Under the pieces are notes generated by a model, which saw only the letters and a program-made list of their open reading frames with translations, did no database searches and was not told the origin of the DNA. DNA of 64,000 bases from a bacterium (GTDB lineage Bacteria; Zhuqueibacterota; QNDG01; JAGLOF01): assembly GCA_016934955.1 (NCBI GenBank), contig JAFGRY010000030.1, positions 5,899 to 69,898 of the forward strand, read 5' to 3'. Each line of letters opens with the position of its first letter. Positions within the stretch are counted from its first letter, which is position 1. Position numbers and translations under genes: made by a program. Positions 37,315 through 47,112 of this stretch are shown piece by piece.

Positions 37315-38823
37315 ATGGATAAGCGCGGCGCAGGCATTCTCCTGCACATCACTTCTATTCCCGGACGCTTCGGTATCGGCGATCTCGGCCCGGAGGCGTT
37401 CCGGTTCGTGGATTTTCTCGCAGACACGGGACTGCGGTTCTGGCAGATTCTTCCCCTTAATCCGACCAACGAACTCAATGACAACTCGCCCTACAAGAGT
37501 ATTTCCGCATTCGCCTTCAATCCCCTGCTCATCAGCCCTGAACTTCTGATCGAGGATGGATTCCTGAGCCGGGGGGAAGTGCCGGCGAGAGGGATCCGGA
37601 CAGGATCACAGGTCGATTACGGAATGGCCACCCGGATAAAGGGAGAACTGCTGCGTCGCGCCTGGGAACAATTCGAGCGGGGAGCGAACCACCCCGAATT
37701 CAGGACCTTTTGCCGGAAAAACAGCAGCTGGCTGGATGACTTCGCCCTGTTCAGCGCCCTGCACGAACATTTTTCCGGACGTATCTGGAATCTCTGGCCC
37801 GCCGCTGTCAGGGACCGGCAGGAAGATGAATTGGCACGATATCGGAACCTGCTTCATGATGATATCGAAAAGGCGAAGTTTTTTCAGTTTCTCTTCCTTA
37901 AGCAGTGGGAGCGCCTGAAGGCGTACTGCGCCGACCGGGATATTCAGATCATCGGCGACATCCCAATCTATGTTGCCCTTGACAGTGCCGATGTCTGGAC
38001 GCATCCCCATCTGTTTAAACTCGATCGGGAAAAGCAGCCGCAGTATATCGCCGGTGTTCCGCCCGATTATTTCAGTGAGACAGGCCAGCTGTGGGGCAAT
38101 CCGGTGTACCGTTGGGATATTATGCATAAAAACGGGTACGCCTGGTGGCTGAAGCGGCTGGAGCACAATCTGGCTCGTTTCGATATCGTCCGGATCGATC
38201 ATTTCCGCGGGCTCGTGGGCTACTGGCAGGTGCCTCAGGGAGAGGAGACGGCCATCAACGGTGAATGGATCAAGGCTCCGGCGGACGATTTCCTTTCGAC
38301 CGTGGTGGGACGGTTCAGCGACCTGCCCATCATCGCTGAAGACCTGGGGCTGATCACCCCCGACGTGCGGGCGATCATGAAGAAGTACGGACTCCCCTGC
38401 ATGAAAGTGTTGCAGTTCGGGTTCAGCGGATCCGTGGGGGAAAATGAACACGCGCCGCACAACGCGGTGAAAAACTGTTTTCTTTTTACCGGCACTCATG
38501 ACAACAATACCGCCCGGGGCTGGTATGCCGAAGATGCCACCAGGGAAGAGCGGAGGAACATTTCCCGGTATCTCGGAAGACGGATTCGCAGGGGCACCAT
38601 CCACAGGGAGCTGATCAGGGCGGCGATGATGTCGGTGTCAAACACGGTGATCATTCCCATGCAGGATTTTCTCGGTCTGGGAAGCCGGGCCCGCATGAAC
38701 AGACCCTTTATGTATACGGGGAACTGGCGCTGGCGAATGCGGCCGGGGGGGCTGACCGCCGCATTGGTAGCGAACATCCGGCGGCTGATGACACTGTACG
38801 GACGTGATACCCGGTCCGCCTGA
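37315..38823 (+). CDS. malQ: 4-alpha-glucanotransferase (amylomaltase, GH77)
   Basis: GAGILLHITSIPGRFGIGDLG, WQILPLNP, IIGDIPIYV, LWGNPVYRW, VRIDHFRG, IIAEDLG and TGTHDN motifs. Confidence 0.92.
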   Translation: MDKRGAGILLHITSIPGRFGIGDLGPEAFRFVDFLADTGLRFWQILPLNPTNELNDNSPYKSISAFAFNPLLISPELLIEDGFLSRGEVPARGIRTGSQVDYGMATRIKGELLRRAWEQFERGANHPEFRTFCRKNSSWLDDFALFSALHEHFSGRIWNLWPAAVRDRQEDELARYRNLLHDDIEKAKFFQFLFLKQWERLKAYCADRDIQIIGDIPIYVALDSADVWTHPHLFKLDREKQPQYIAGVPPDYFSETGQLWGNPVYRWDIMHKNGYAWWLKRLEHNLARFDIVRIDHFRGLVGYWQVPQGEETAINGEWIKAPADDFLSTVVGRFSDLPIIAEDLGLITPDVRAIMKKYGLPCMKVLQFGFSGSVGENEHAPHNAVKNCFLFTGTHDNNTARGWYAEDATREERRNISRYLGRRIRRGTIHRELIRAAMMSVSNTVIIPMQDFLGLGSRARMNRPFMYTGNWRWRMRPGGLTAALVANIRRLMTLYGRDTRSA

Positions 38824-39092
38824 AACGGCTGTCATCCCTTCACGGGGCGGCTGCACCCCCCGGAATATGAGGACTCACCCCCAGGATGACGGGCTCCCGC
38901 TCAGTCTTTTCTATCACTTCCATGATAAATGCTCTCGCGCGGGGGTCATTCCAGTTCGTCTCAAAATTCTGCATCAGGTACCCCATTCCCTCACCAGCGT
39001 ATAGCCTGATGTCCCCGAAGCGTGAGATCGCGGCTGCGGTTTTTTCGCAGCGCCTCCAGGCGGACCGGAGGCGGGGTCCTGGATGTCATTGT

Positions 39093-39392
39093 TCATCTGA
39101 GTTGCGGACCCTGTTTCCTGGCCGACGCCGGATGCGCCATCTTCATATAGACGCCGCCTTCCTCCAGTTCGGCAAGCATCCGGTCGAGACGCTTTCGCTG
39201 CGTCTCGGGCCGTTTGGCCCGGCTGATCCATCCCAGATAATCGTTCTGCTGGTAGGCGGGCCGCGCCAGATAGTCGTCCATGAGCCCGCGTTCCTCCAGG
39301 GCCTCCCTGACGAAATCGGGCATGGGATGGCGCGCGCGGCTGAGCCGGCTGAAATCTCGCTTCGTCATGCCGGATCCTTTTTCATCGTTCAT
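39093..39392 (-). CDS. YdeI/OmpD-associated (OmdA-like) family protein
   Basis: PMPDFVREALEERGLMDDYLARPAYQQNDYLGWISRAKRPETQRKRLDRMLAELEEG is the typical OmdA-domain pattern. The start may be the ATG at 39368. Confidence 0.6.
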   Translation of the reverse strand: MNDEKGSGMTKRDFSRLSRARHPMPDFVREALEERGLMDDYLARPAYQQNDYLGWISRAKRPETQRKRLDRMLAELEEGGVYMKMAHPASARKQGPQLR

Positions 39393-39795
39393 TCTGATTC
39401 CGCTGCGGCTGCTGCTGCCTCAGTTCGGCCAGCCGTTTTTTCACCCCGGTGTTTTCCAGGTCGCGGAGCAGGGGAAGGGCCGACCGGTAGAGATGGATCG
39501 CTTTTCGGTACAGGTCTTTATCGCGTCCGTCGGGACCCTCGCTCGCTTCCCGCAGCAGTTCCGCGGCCATGTAACGGCGCAGGTAGTCAGGCTCTCCGGA
39601 CGACGTCAGCAGCTGCTGAACGGCCTCGGCCGGGAGTGAGCGAAGCAGCTCCAGGTCGAGCCCCAGGTAACGGGATGCGAGTTCGCCCAGCTCCGCCGGC
39701 ACCGCCCGCTGTTCCCGTTTGCGGATGAGGAGAACGCGGATGAGGGCGCTGATAAACTCCTCGAGCATGCGCATGAGATAGTCATCATGGATCAT
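39382..39795 (-). CDS. Hypothetical helical protein
   Basis: 137-aa ORF, MIHDDYLMRMLEEFISALIRVLL..., with protein-like composition. No family recognised with confidence. Confidence 0.55.
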   Translation of the reverse strand: MIHDDYLMRMLEEFISALIRVLLIRKREQRAVPAELGELASRYLGLDLELLRSLPAEAVQQLLTSSGEPDYLRRYMAAELLREASEGPDGRDKDLYRKAIHLYRSALPLLRDLENTGVKKRLAELRQQQPQRNQNER

Positions 39796-39835
39796 GGTCC
39801 GCGTTCCTTTCCCGCGGCCGGTCCCGGATACGCGG

Positions 39836-41362
39836 TCACTGTATCCACTCAGGCAGCCGTTCCGATATGAGCCCGAAAACGGGTACCGCCACCAGGTAGA
39901 TAATGATCGTCGTGAGCAGCATGCCGGCGATATTGAGCCAGAATCCGGTCCGGGCCATCTGCGGCAGGGTGACCGCGCCGGAGCTGAAGATAACGGCGTT
40001 CGGCGGTGTGGCCGCGGGCAGCATGAAGGCCAGGGAGGCGGCGATGGTGCCGGCGATCATCAGCAGGTAGGGATGCACGCCCATGGCCAGGGAGGTGGCC
40101 GCGAGAATGGGCATGAAGATGCTGGCCACCGCCGTGTTGGATGTCACTTCCGTGAGAAAGTCGATCAGCCCCACCACCAGCAGTACCGCCAGAACCACGG
40201 GCAGCGTCTGAAGCAGGGTGAGCCGCGATCCGATCCACTGGGTAAGCCCTGAGCTCTGGAATCCGGCGGCGAGCGCGAGGCCGCCTCCGAACAGCAGAAG
40301 GATGCCCCAGGGAATCTTGAGGGCCGATTCCCAGTCCAGCAGCCTGGTGCCCTTTCTGTCTCCCGGAAGCAGAAAGAGCAGCACCGCCGCCAGTACGGCA
40401 ACCGTGCTGTCGTGCACCGCTGATTCGAGGCCGAGGAGGTTCGACCATCCGGGGATGGTGAACGATGCAATGACGATGTCTCTCCGGAACATCCAGCCGA
40501 GGGCGGTGAGCACGAAAACGGTGAGGACACCTTTTTCGCCCCCGCTCATGGGCCCGAGAGACCGCAGCCGTTCCCTGATCAGCCCTTTGCCTCCGGGCAG
40601 CGTCCGCATGCGGACGGAGTGGGCGAGTCTGACCAGGTAGAACCAGGTAAACGGGAGAAACAGCAGTACCAGCGGAAAGCCCACCAGAAACCAGCGGAAA
40701 AAACTTATTTCCGGGGCTCCGGGAAAGAGACGCTGTACGGCCGAGGCGAAGATGATGTTCGGCGGCGTTCCGATGAGGGTGCCGATACCGCCGATGCTGG
40801 CCGCGTACCCGATGCCGAACATGAGAGCCCTTCCGAACGGCAGGGTTTCTTTCCGTTCATCCGGGGAAAGAGGCAGAGATTCGGTATGTCTGAGCAGGGC
40901 GAGGGCGATGGGAAGCATCATCATGGCGGTGGCGGTGTTCGATATCCACATGGAGAGAAAGGCGGTGGCCGCCATCATGCCGAAAATAATCGTGCGGGGA
41001 CTGGTGCCCAGCACCGCCACCGTTTTCAGGGCGATACGTTTGTGCAGGTCCCATTTCTGGATAGCGGCGGCGAGAAGAAATCCGCCGAGAAAGAGGAAAA
41101 TGTTCCGGTCCCCGTACTGGGATGCGACATCCCCTGCCGATTGAACACCCATCAGGGGAAAGAGCACCACGGGCAGAAGGGCCGTTGCCGGAATGGGGAT
41201 CGCTTCCGTGATCCACCAGAAGGCCATCAGCGCGGTGACGGCCAGCGTGTTCCGGGCGGGGAGAGACATGCCCTCCGGAGGGGGCAGGATACAGAGCAGC
41301 GTGAACAGTACCAGCCCGCCGGCCAGGGCGGCGTATTTTTTTTGACTATCGGAGAGTGTCAT
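39836..41362 (-). CDS. SLC13/DASS-family anion:sodium symporter
   Basis: 508 aa, polytopic. WWITEAIPIPATALLP, SNTATAMMMLPIALAL and SNTAVASIFMPI hairpin-loop motifs are typical of the DASS family. Confidence 0.85.
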   Translation of the reverse strand: MTLSDSQKKYAALAGGLVLFTLLCILPPPEGMSLPARNTLAVTALMAFWWITEAIPIPATALLPVVLFPLMGVQSAGDVASQYGDRNIFLFLGGFLLAAAIQKWDLHKRIALKTVAVLGTSPRTIIFGMMAATAFLSMWISNTATAMMMLPIALALLRHTESLPLSPDERKETLPFGRALMFGIGYAASIGGIGTLIGTPPNIIFASAVQRLFPGAPEISFFRWFLVGFPLVLLFLPFTWFYLVRLAHSVRMRTLPGGKGLIRERLRSLGPMSGGEKGVLTVFVLTALGWMFRRDIVIASFTIPGWSNLLGLESAVHDSTVAVLAAVLLFLLPGDRKGTRLLDWESALKIPWGILLLFGGGLALAAGFQSSGLTQWIGSRLTLLQTLPVVLAVLLVVGLIDFLTEVTSNTAVASIFMPILAATSLAMGVHPYLLMIAGTIAASLAFMLPAATPPNAVIFSSGAVTLPQMARTGFWLNIAGMLLTTIIIYLVAVPVFGLISERLPEWIQ

Positions 41363-41406
41363 GGATCCCTCGTGATTGCGATGCGAACAGTGGGCCTCCG
41401 GCCGCC

Positions 41407-42207
41407 TCAGAACCGGCGTATCTCAACAGTCCGGAATTCCGTGGGATGACTCTCCGCCTGAAGGGCGATGTACCCGCGCTTCAGGAACACAGGTGCGCCC
41501 TCATCGAGACGTTTCCGCGCGTCCGGGTCGGCCGGGTCGAGCTGCGGGTTTTCATAGGTGATGACCGTGTCTCCGTTGACGATATGCCTGATGAGCGAGT
41601 CGCCGTATACCTGGACCTCCATGGTGACCCACTGGTCCCCGTGGAACGTTTTTGAGCGGGAACCGGTGCAGTGACGGGTCACCAGCTCCCCGTTCATGAC
41701 AATATGGGTGCCCGGTGTGCAGACATTACCGGTCGTCCGTTCGTCCACGCCGTTACCCCCGAGCATCTGGGCTTCCACCGACACGGGAAAATGCTGGGTG
41801 AGGCCCATGCTTTCAGGGCTCTGGCTGTGGATCATGATCCCGTTGTTGCGAAAGCCCCATTCCGGCCCGCCGGCGACCTGGTTGCCCGTAAAGCGGTACT
41901 CCACCCGAACGGCATAATTGTCATAGACTGAATCATGGAAGATATGGCCGAATGTATCGTCGAATGTGTCATACTGATCATAGGAGACCTTCAGGATGCC
42001 GTCTTCCACCCGGAAAGTGTTTTTATAGTTTACGCCCATGTCATGGCCGCTGAATTTGACGGTCCAGCCGTCGAGATCGCGCCCGTTGAATATGCTGGTC
42101 CACTGCTGGCGGGGTTCCGTGGCGCAGCGGGCGCCGGACAGCAGGACCGCCGCCAGGACGGGCAGCAGGCATAGACAGCGGGTGATGTGCCGGGAAACGG
42201 TGTGCAT
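41407..42207 (-). CDS. DUF1080 (3-keto-disaccharide hydrolase-like, concanavalin fold) secreted protein
   Basis: Signal peptide. WTSIFNGRDLDGWTVKF..FRVEDGILKV...GYIALQAESHPTEFRTVEIRRF is the DUF1080 pattern. Confidence 0.85.
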   Translation of the reverse strand: MHTVSRHITRCLCLLPVLAAVLLSGARCATEPRQQWTSIFNGRDLDGWTVKFSGHDMGVNYKNTFRVEDGILKVSYDQYDTFDDTFGHIFHDSVYDNYAVRVEYRFTGNQVAGGPEWGFRNNGIMIHSQSPESMGLTQHFPVSVEAQMLGGNGVDERTTGNVCTPGTHIVMNGELVTRHCTGSRSKTFHGDQWVTMEVQVYGDSLIRHIVNGDTVITYENPQLDPADPDARKRLDEGAPVFLKRGYIALQAESHPTEFRTVEIRRF

Positions 42208-42258
42208 AGTATCATTCCTTATATATGGACAAGAGAAGCCGGGATACCCCGGCCGGTA

Positions 42259-42822
42259 TCAGTGAGCAGCGGACTGAACCGGCCCCGGCCGCATTATCCG
42301 GGCGACGACCAGACCGACCGCTGTCCATTGCAGGATTCGGTTCAGCGCCAGCAGCAGGGCGGTCCCGTACGGGTACCCGCCGATGCCCGCCTGGGCCAGG
42401 TCGGCGAAGAAGGCGATGAGCAGGCCGATACCGGCAAAGAAAAGGATCCGTCCGCCGAAACCGGCCGTAGCTTCCGGCCCGCTGCGGGTGAGCAGCCAGG
42501 CCGCGATGCCGGGGGCGAGGAAGAACAGCACCATGCCGATGAGCATCTCCCGCCCGGCCGCTTCATGTCCGAACCCGCTGTAGGAGATGCTGAAGACCGG
42601 TTCACCTTCGGGATACCGGTCCAGGAGATTCAGAGGGGGATTGCACACGTACCGTCCCGGTTCCCTGATATTCTCCCTGAGCACTTCATACACGGTGTTT
42701 TCATTGGCGATCTGTTTCATCATCAGATTGCTGCCGAACCCGAGCATGCCGTTGACGATGAAAGCCCAGAGTACAAGGGTCAGGCCGCCGAACAGCGTCG
42801 AGAGCACTATTTTTTCCCCCAT
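42259..42822 (-). CDS. Hypothetical integral membrane protein
   Basis: The ATG at 42822 follows GAGGAGG. Several hydrophobic helices (LSTLFGGLTLVLWAFIVNGMLGF, MLIGMVLFFLAPGIAAWLL, ILFFAGIGLLIAFF). Confidence 0.65.
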   Translation of the reverse strand: MGEKIVLSTLFGGLTLVLWAFIVNGMLGFGSNLMMKQIANENTVYEVLRENIREPGRYVCNPPLNLLDRYPEGEPVFSISYSGFGHEAAGREMLIGMVLFFLAPGIAAWLLTRSGPEATAGFGGRILFFAGIGLLIAFFADLAQAGIGGYPYGTALLLALNRILQWTAVGLVVARIMRPGPVQSAAH

Positions 42823-43321
42823 GGAAGCCTCCTCATTGATCCATCCGGGGCCTCGATATCTCTCACAATGCGGTGTACGGCCCCCCGGTATCACGGCGGT
42901 ATGCCGCCTGAAAACGCGGATTGGACAGGTGACGTGCGGTAGTGCAGCGGAATGCTAGAATGTAAAGAAAAATAATCTTGATTACAAGATATTATCCGCG
43001 CGGGTATTCCGCCGCGCAGGGCGCCGCCGAACAAAAGGAAGCGCATACAGCCACTGATCCCTGAGCGGTAAGGCGGGCCGGGCCGGCGATATACCCTCTG
43101 TCGCTGTACCGGCAGGGGCGGAGGATTGAACGGAACACCGGTAATCTGATTTTTGCCTTTCATATTGTCGGGAAAATGGCTATCTTACGACACAGATTCC
43201 ACATCACATGACATGAACACCCCCTTAATCCACGGATGTATCCTTCGCGGCAGCGGATACTCTCCGGCTGTCGTTCTTCCGGCAGCCGGTCCGGGATACT
43301 AATGGTACAGCGGAGGCAGGG

Positions 43322-45007
43322 ATGACCTATGACATGATCATTGTCGGAGGAGGACTCGCGGGCATGCGGGCGGCCATCGCCGCCGCGGACCTGGGAGTGA
43401 AACCGGTGGTGCTTTCAATGGTGTATCCGGTCCGTTCCCATTCCGTGGCAGCCCAGGGAGGGATCAACGCCGCCCTCAACAACGTGAGTGATGAGGACTC
43501 CTGGGAACGCCACGCCTTTGACACGGTCAAGGGGAGCGATTATCTGGCGGACCAGCGGGCGGTGTCCATTCTCACCCGGGAGGCGATTCCCCGGGTCTAT
43601 GAAATGGAGGCCTGGGGCGTGCCCTTTTCCCGTCTTCCCGACGGCAGGATCGCCCAGCGGCCCTTCGGGGGGGCGGCCTTCCCCCGCACCTGCTATGCCG
43701 AGGACCGGACCGGGCACAATCTGCTGCACACCATGTATCAGCAGTGCCTCAGGCGTGACATCGCCTTTCTCAACGAGTGGCTGGCGACCGATCTGGCGGT
43801 AGAGGACGGGCGCTGCCGGGGGCTGATCGCGCTGGATATGCAGAAGGCGCGGTTTCACGAGCTGAGAGCCGATACGGTTATCCTGGCCACGGGAGGCGCC
43901 GGCCGCATCTACCGGCAGTCGACGAACGCGCTCATCAACAACGGCAGCGGCATCGCCCTGGCATTCCGGGCCGGCGTTCCCCTCAAGGATATGGAGTTCG
44001 TGCAGTTTCATCCCACCACCCTCTACGGGACAAATATCCTTATCACCGAAGGCGCCCGCGGCGAAGGCGGGTATCTGCTGAACAGCAAAGGCGAGCGGTT
44101 CATGGAGCGGTACGCGCCGAAGGCGATGGAACTGGCGCCCCGGGATATCGTGGCCCGGTCCATCGCCACCGAGATCAACGAGGGGCGCGGCATCGCCGAC
44201 GCGTATGTTCATCTCGATCTCACCCATTTGTCCGCGAAAAAGATCATGGAACGGCTTCCCGGCATCCATGAGATCGCCCTGCGCTTCGCCGGCATCGATA
44301 TTCGCAAACAGCCCATGCCGGTGCAGCCGGGGCAGCACTACACCATGGGCGGTGTCGACTGCAACGAACAATGCGAGACGAATGCTGCCGGTCTCTACAC
44401 CTGCGGCGAGTGCTCCTGCGTATCGGTGCATGGATCGAACCGGCTGGGGGGCAATTCACTCCTGGAAACCATTGTGTTCGGAAAGATCGCCGGCGAGAAC
44501 GCTGCCGTATTCGCACAAGCACAGCAGAAGAAGAAAGCGGGCTCCACCCTTCTGAAAGAGCTGTACAGGCGGCGTCTCGACGCATTCGCCCCCGCAGGGA
44601 GCGCGGGCACACCGGTGGGGGAACTGTTCAATCGGCTGCGGAGCGTCATGATCGAGAAGGTGGGTGTCTTCAGGCAGAAAAAGGATCTGACGGCAGCGGT
44701 CCAGGCGGTTCGGGAGGTGGGGGAGGCTTTCAGCGGCCGCCGCATTGTCTGGAACAATCGTCCGTTCGATCTGGGCCTGGCAACGAGCCTTGAATTCGCC
44801 GGGATGATCGATCTGGCGCTCATCGTGGCCCAGGGGGCGCTGCGGCGGGAGGAGAGCCGGGGATCGCACGCAAGGACCGATTTCCCTGAACGGGATGACG
44901 GGCGCTGGCTCAGCCACACCATCGCAGAACCCGGTGAAGACGGTCCCCGCTTCTCGGCGAAAGCGGTGGATCTCTCCATCTGGGAACCAAAGGAAAGGAC
45001 CTATTGA
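43322..45007 (+). CDS. sdhA: Succinate dehydrogenase / fumarate reductase flavoprotein subunit
   Basis: [15 protein letters not shown] (FAD fold), [15 protein letters not shown] (covalent-FAD His region), [18 protein letters not shown], and RLGGNSL. Confidence 0.9.
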   Translation: MTYDMIIVGGGLAGMRAAIAAADLGVKPVVLSMVYPVRSHSVAAQGGINAALNNVSDEDSWERHAFDTVKGSDYLADQRAVSILTREAIPRVYEMEAWGVPFSRLPDGRIAQRPFGGAAFPRTCYAEDRTGHNLLHTMYQQCLRRDIAFLNEWLATDLAVEDGRCRGLIALDMQKARFHELRADTVILATGGAGRIYRQSTNALINNGSGIALAFRAGVPLKDMEFVQFHPTTLYGTNILITEGARGEGGYLLNSKGERFMERYAPKAMELAPRDIVARSIATEINEGRGIADAYVHLDLTHLSAKKIMERLPGIHEIALRFAGIDIRKQPMPVQPGQHYTMGGVDCNEQCETNAAGLYTCGECSCVSVHGSNRLGGNSLLETIVFGKIAGENAAVFAQAQQKKKAGSTLLKELYRRRLDAFAPAGSAGTPVGELFNRLRSVMIEKVGVFRQKKDLTAAVQAVREVGEAFSGRRIVWNNRPFDLGLATSLEFAGMIDLALIVAQGALRREESRGSHARTDFPERDDGRWLSHTIAEPGEDGPRFSAKAVDLSIWEPKERTY

Positions 45008-45008
45008 G

Positions 45009-45743
45009 ATGACACGGAAGAATGCTCTGTTCCGGATCAAGCGGTTTACGCCCGGAGACGACAGCTCCCGGCTGCAGGACTACACGGTGCCCCTCAGCGA
45101 GGGACTCACCGTCCTGGAGGGGCTCTGGTATATTGTCCACTACCGTGACGACTCGCTCAGTTTCCGGTACTCCTGCCGGGGCGGGGTGTGCGGCTCCTGC
45201 GCCATGATCATCAATGAAACGATCCGGCTTGCCTGCAACACCCAGGTTGCCTCCCTGGAAAGCGATACGGTGCTGATCGAGCCGCTGCCGCGCATGCGGG
45301 TGCTGAAAGATCTCGTTGTCGACATGGACCGGTTCCTGGAAAAATACCGTTCAATCGATCCCTGGCTGCTGCACGGAGCCGCCCATGAGCGGGAAGTCGT
45401 CCAGACGCCCGACGAGCGGCGGCGCATATTCGACTCGGTGAAGTGTATTCTCTGCGCCAGCTGTCACGCGGCCTGTCCCCTGACCGCGGTCCATGATGAT
45501 TATCTGGGCCCGGCGGCGCTCACCGCGGCCCAGCGGTTGGCGTTCGACAGCCGCCATGACGCCCGCGATGCCGTGCTGGCGTCGGTAAACGATGCTCACG
45601 GTGCCGACGGCTGCAGAACCATCAGCCGCTGCACCGAGGTATGTCCCAGGGAGATCGCGCCGTCCGAGCGCATCAAGGAGCTGAAGGAGCGTATCGCAGC
45701 CCGCAGCGTCGACGGCACACTGAAGAGACAGAGCCGGGAGTAG
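45009..45743 (+). CDS. sdhB: Succinate dehydrogenase / fumarate reductase iron-sulfur subunit
   Basis: The ATG lies 2 nt after the sdhA stop. CRGGVCGSCAMIING-like 2Fe-2S motif (SCRGGVCGSCAMIINE), CILCASCHAACP and CTEVCP cluster motifs. Confidence 0.9.
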   Translation: MTRKNALFRIKRFTPGDDSSRLQDYTVPLSEGLTVLEGLWYIVHYRDDSLSFRYSCRGGVCGSCAMIINETIRLACNTQVASLESDTVLIEPLPRMRVLKDLVVDMDRFLEKYRSIDPWLLHGAAHEREVVQTPDERRRIFDSVKCILCASCHAACPLTAVHDDYLGPAALTAAQRLAFDSRHDARDAVLASVNDAHGADGCRTISRCTEVCPREIAPSERIKELKERIAARSVDGTLKRQSRE

Positions 45744-45749
45744 AAGCGT

Positions 45750-46949
45750 ATGGACAACCGATACATTGCGGAAGTGAAGAACGGGATCTACTGGGTCGGA
45801 TCCGTGGACTGGAACCTGAGGGATTTTCACGGCTTTACCACTCCCCGGGGCGCGAGCTACAACGCCTTTCTCATCAAGGGAAGCGAACCGATCCTGGTGG
45901 ATACGGTGAAGCGGCCCTTCACCGGGGAACTGCTGGCAAAGGCGGCCGCCGTCACCGATCTGAAAAACATCAGGCACCTGATCATCAATCATATCGAACC
46001 CGACCACTCGGGTGCCTTTCCGGAAGTGATCAGGCATCTGCCGAACTGCAGGATATATGCGAGCGAGATCGGCAAGATCGGGCTGCACCGGTATTATGAT
46101 TTCGAGCGGGATATCCAGGTCGTTCGCAGCGGCGAAACGCTTGCCCTCGGGGACCGGACCGTCCGGTTCGTGGAAACCCCCATGGCACACTGGCCCGACA
46201 GCATGGTCACCTGGATGCCGGACGAAAAGGTGCTTTTTTCCTCGGATATTTTCGGGCAGTTTCTGGCCACGTCCGAGCGGTTCGATGACGAGAGCGATCC
46301 GCCCTTCCTGGATGCCGCGGTCTATTACGCCAACATCGTGTTCCCCTTCAACCGGGAAGTGATCGCCACCCTGGATCTGGTGAAGCAGTTGAAGCTCAAT
46401 CCTGAATATGTGCTGCCGGATCACGGCATTCTCTGGAAGAAGCATATCGCCGGCATCATGGACCGCTATCGCAGCTGGGCCACCGGCGCCTGCGCCGAAG
46501 GCGTGCTGATCCTCTACGATACCATGTGGGGATCGACGGAGATCATGGCGGGCAGCATCCACGATTCACTGGTACGGCGCGGTGTAACGGTTCGTAAACT
46601 GAGGATCCGCAGCAGCAGCCTCAGCGATATCATGCGGGAGGTCCTCTTTTCCAGGGTGGTCCTGATCGGCACTCCGACCATCAACAACACCGTGTTCCCA
46701 GCGGTGGGGCAGGTGCTCATCTACATGCAGGGGCTCGATCCCGGGCCCGGACGGCTCTGGGGCGCCTTCGGCTCCTACGGCTGGGGGGGAGGAGGCGTTG
46801 AGTACGTCTCCCGCTGGCTCCGGCAGAACCGGTACGAGGTCATCCATGCGCCGGTAGAATCGCAGTTTACGCCCAATAAAGCGCTGCTGGCGGCGTGTGA
46901 CGAGTATGCCGAGGCGGTGGCAGGAAAAATAGCAAACATGAAGCAATAG
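45750..46949 (+). CDS. fprA: A-type flavoprotein (flavodiiron protein, metallo-beta-lactamase plus flavodoxin domains)
   Basis: SYNAFLIKGSEPILVDTV, INHIEPDHSGAF (diiron ligands), FSSDIFGQ. C-terminal flavodoxin-like ILYDTMWGSTE...IGTPTINN. Confidence 0.88.
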   Translation: MDNRYIAEVKNGIYWVGSVDWNLRDFHGFTTPRGASYNAFLIKGSEPILVDTVKRPFTGELLAKAAAVTDLKNIRHLIINHIEPDHSGAFPEVIRHLPNCRIYASEIGKIGLHRYYDFERDIQVVRSGETLALGDRTVRFVETPMAHWPDSMVTWMPDEKVLFSSDIFGQFLATSERFDDESDPPFLDAAVYYANIVFPFNREVIATLDLVKQLKLNPEYVLPDHGILWKKHIAGIMDRYRSWATGACAEGVLILYDTMWGSTEIMAGSIHDSLVRRGVTVRKLRIRSSSLSDIMREVLFSRVVLIGTPTINNTVFPAVGQVLIYMQGLDPGPGRLWGAFGSYGWGGGGVEYVSRWLRQNRYEVIHAPVESQFTPNKALLAACDEYAEAVAGKIANMKQ

Positions 46950-47016
46950 ACAGGAAAGGCGCGTAGCGACGATTGCTTTCTGAGACAGGATTGGCTCGCG
47001 GACCATCCTGTACTCT

Positions 47017-47088
47017 TTCTGTCCGCCATTATTTTTTCGTGGTTTTCGTGTTTTCCGTCGGCCTCATTCGGAGGTGGCGGGGTCGGGG
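47017..47088. repeat. Copy A (solo arm) of the CGAAA/TTTCG-rich intergenic repeat family
   Basis: TTCTGTCCGCCATTATTTTTTCGTGGTTTTCGTGTTTTCCGTCGGC aligns with the right arms of copies B and D. It is followed by ...GGCGGGG, as in copy D. Confidence 0.55.
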
Positions 47089-47112
47089 TCTGTCTGCCGC
47101 CTCCCGTCTCCT

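Noticed and set aside
38840-38986. 48-codon minus-strand ORF MGYLMQNFETNWNDPRARAFIMEVIEKTEREPVILGVSPHIPGGAAAP. Its frame stays open upstream to a TGA with no start codon.
   Set aside because: It looks like coding sequence (a possible gene remnant or small gene). I cannot assign a family, find a ribosome-binding site or exclude chance, so it is not reported as a feature.
38886-39728. 280-aa plus-strand ORF spanning the region after malQ
   Set aside because: The composition is Arg/Pro/Ala-rich and not protein-like. It runs antisense to two better-supported minus-strand genes (OmdA-like and the 137-aa helical protein).
42891-43163. 90-aa minus-strand ORF upstream of the membrane protein gene
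   Set aside because: It is proline/arginine/glycine-rich with no motif. The better start of the neighbouring gene (42822, with GAGGAGG) leaves this ORF without support.
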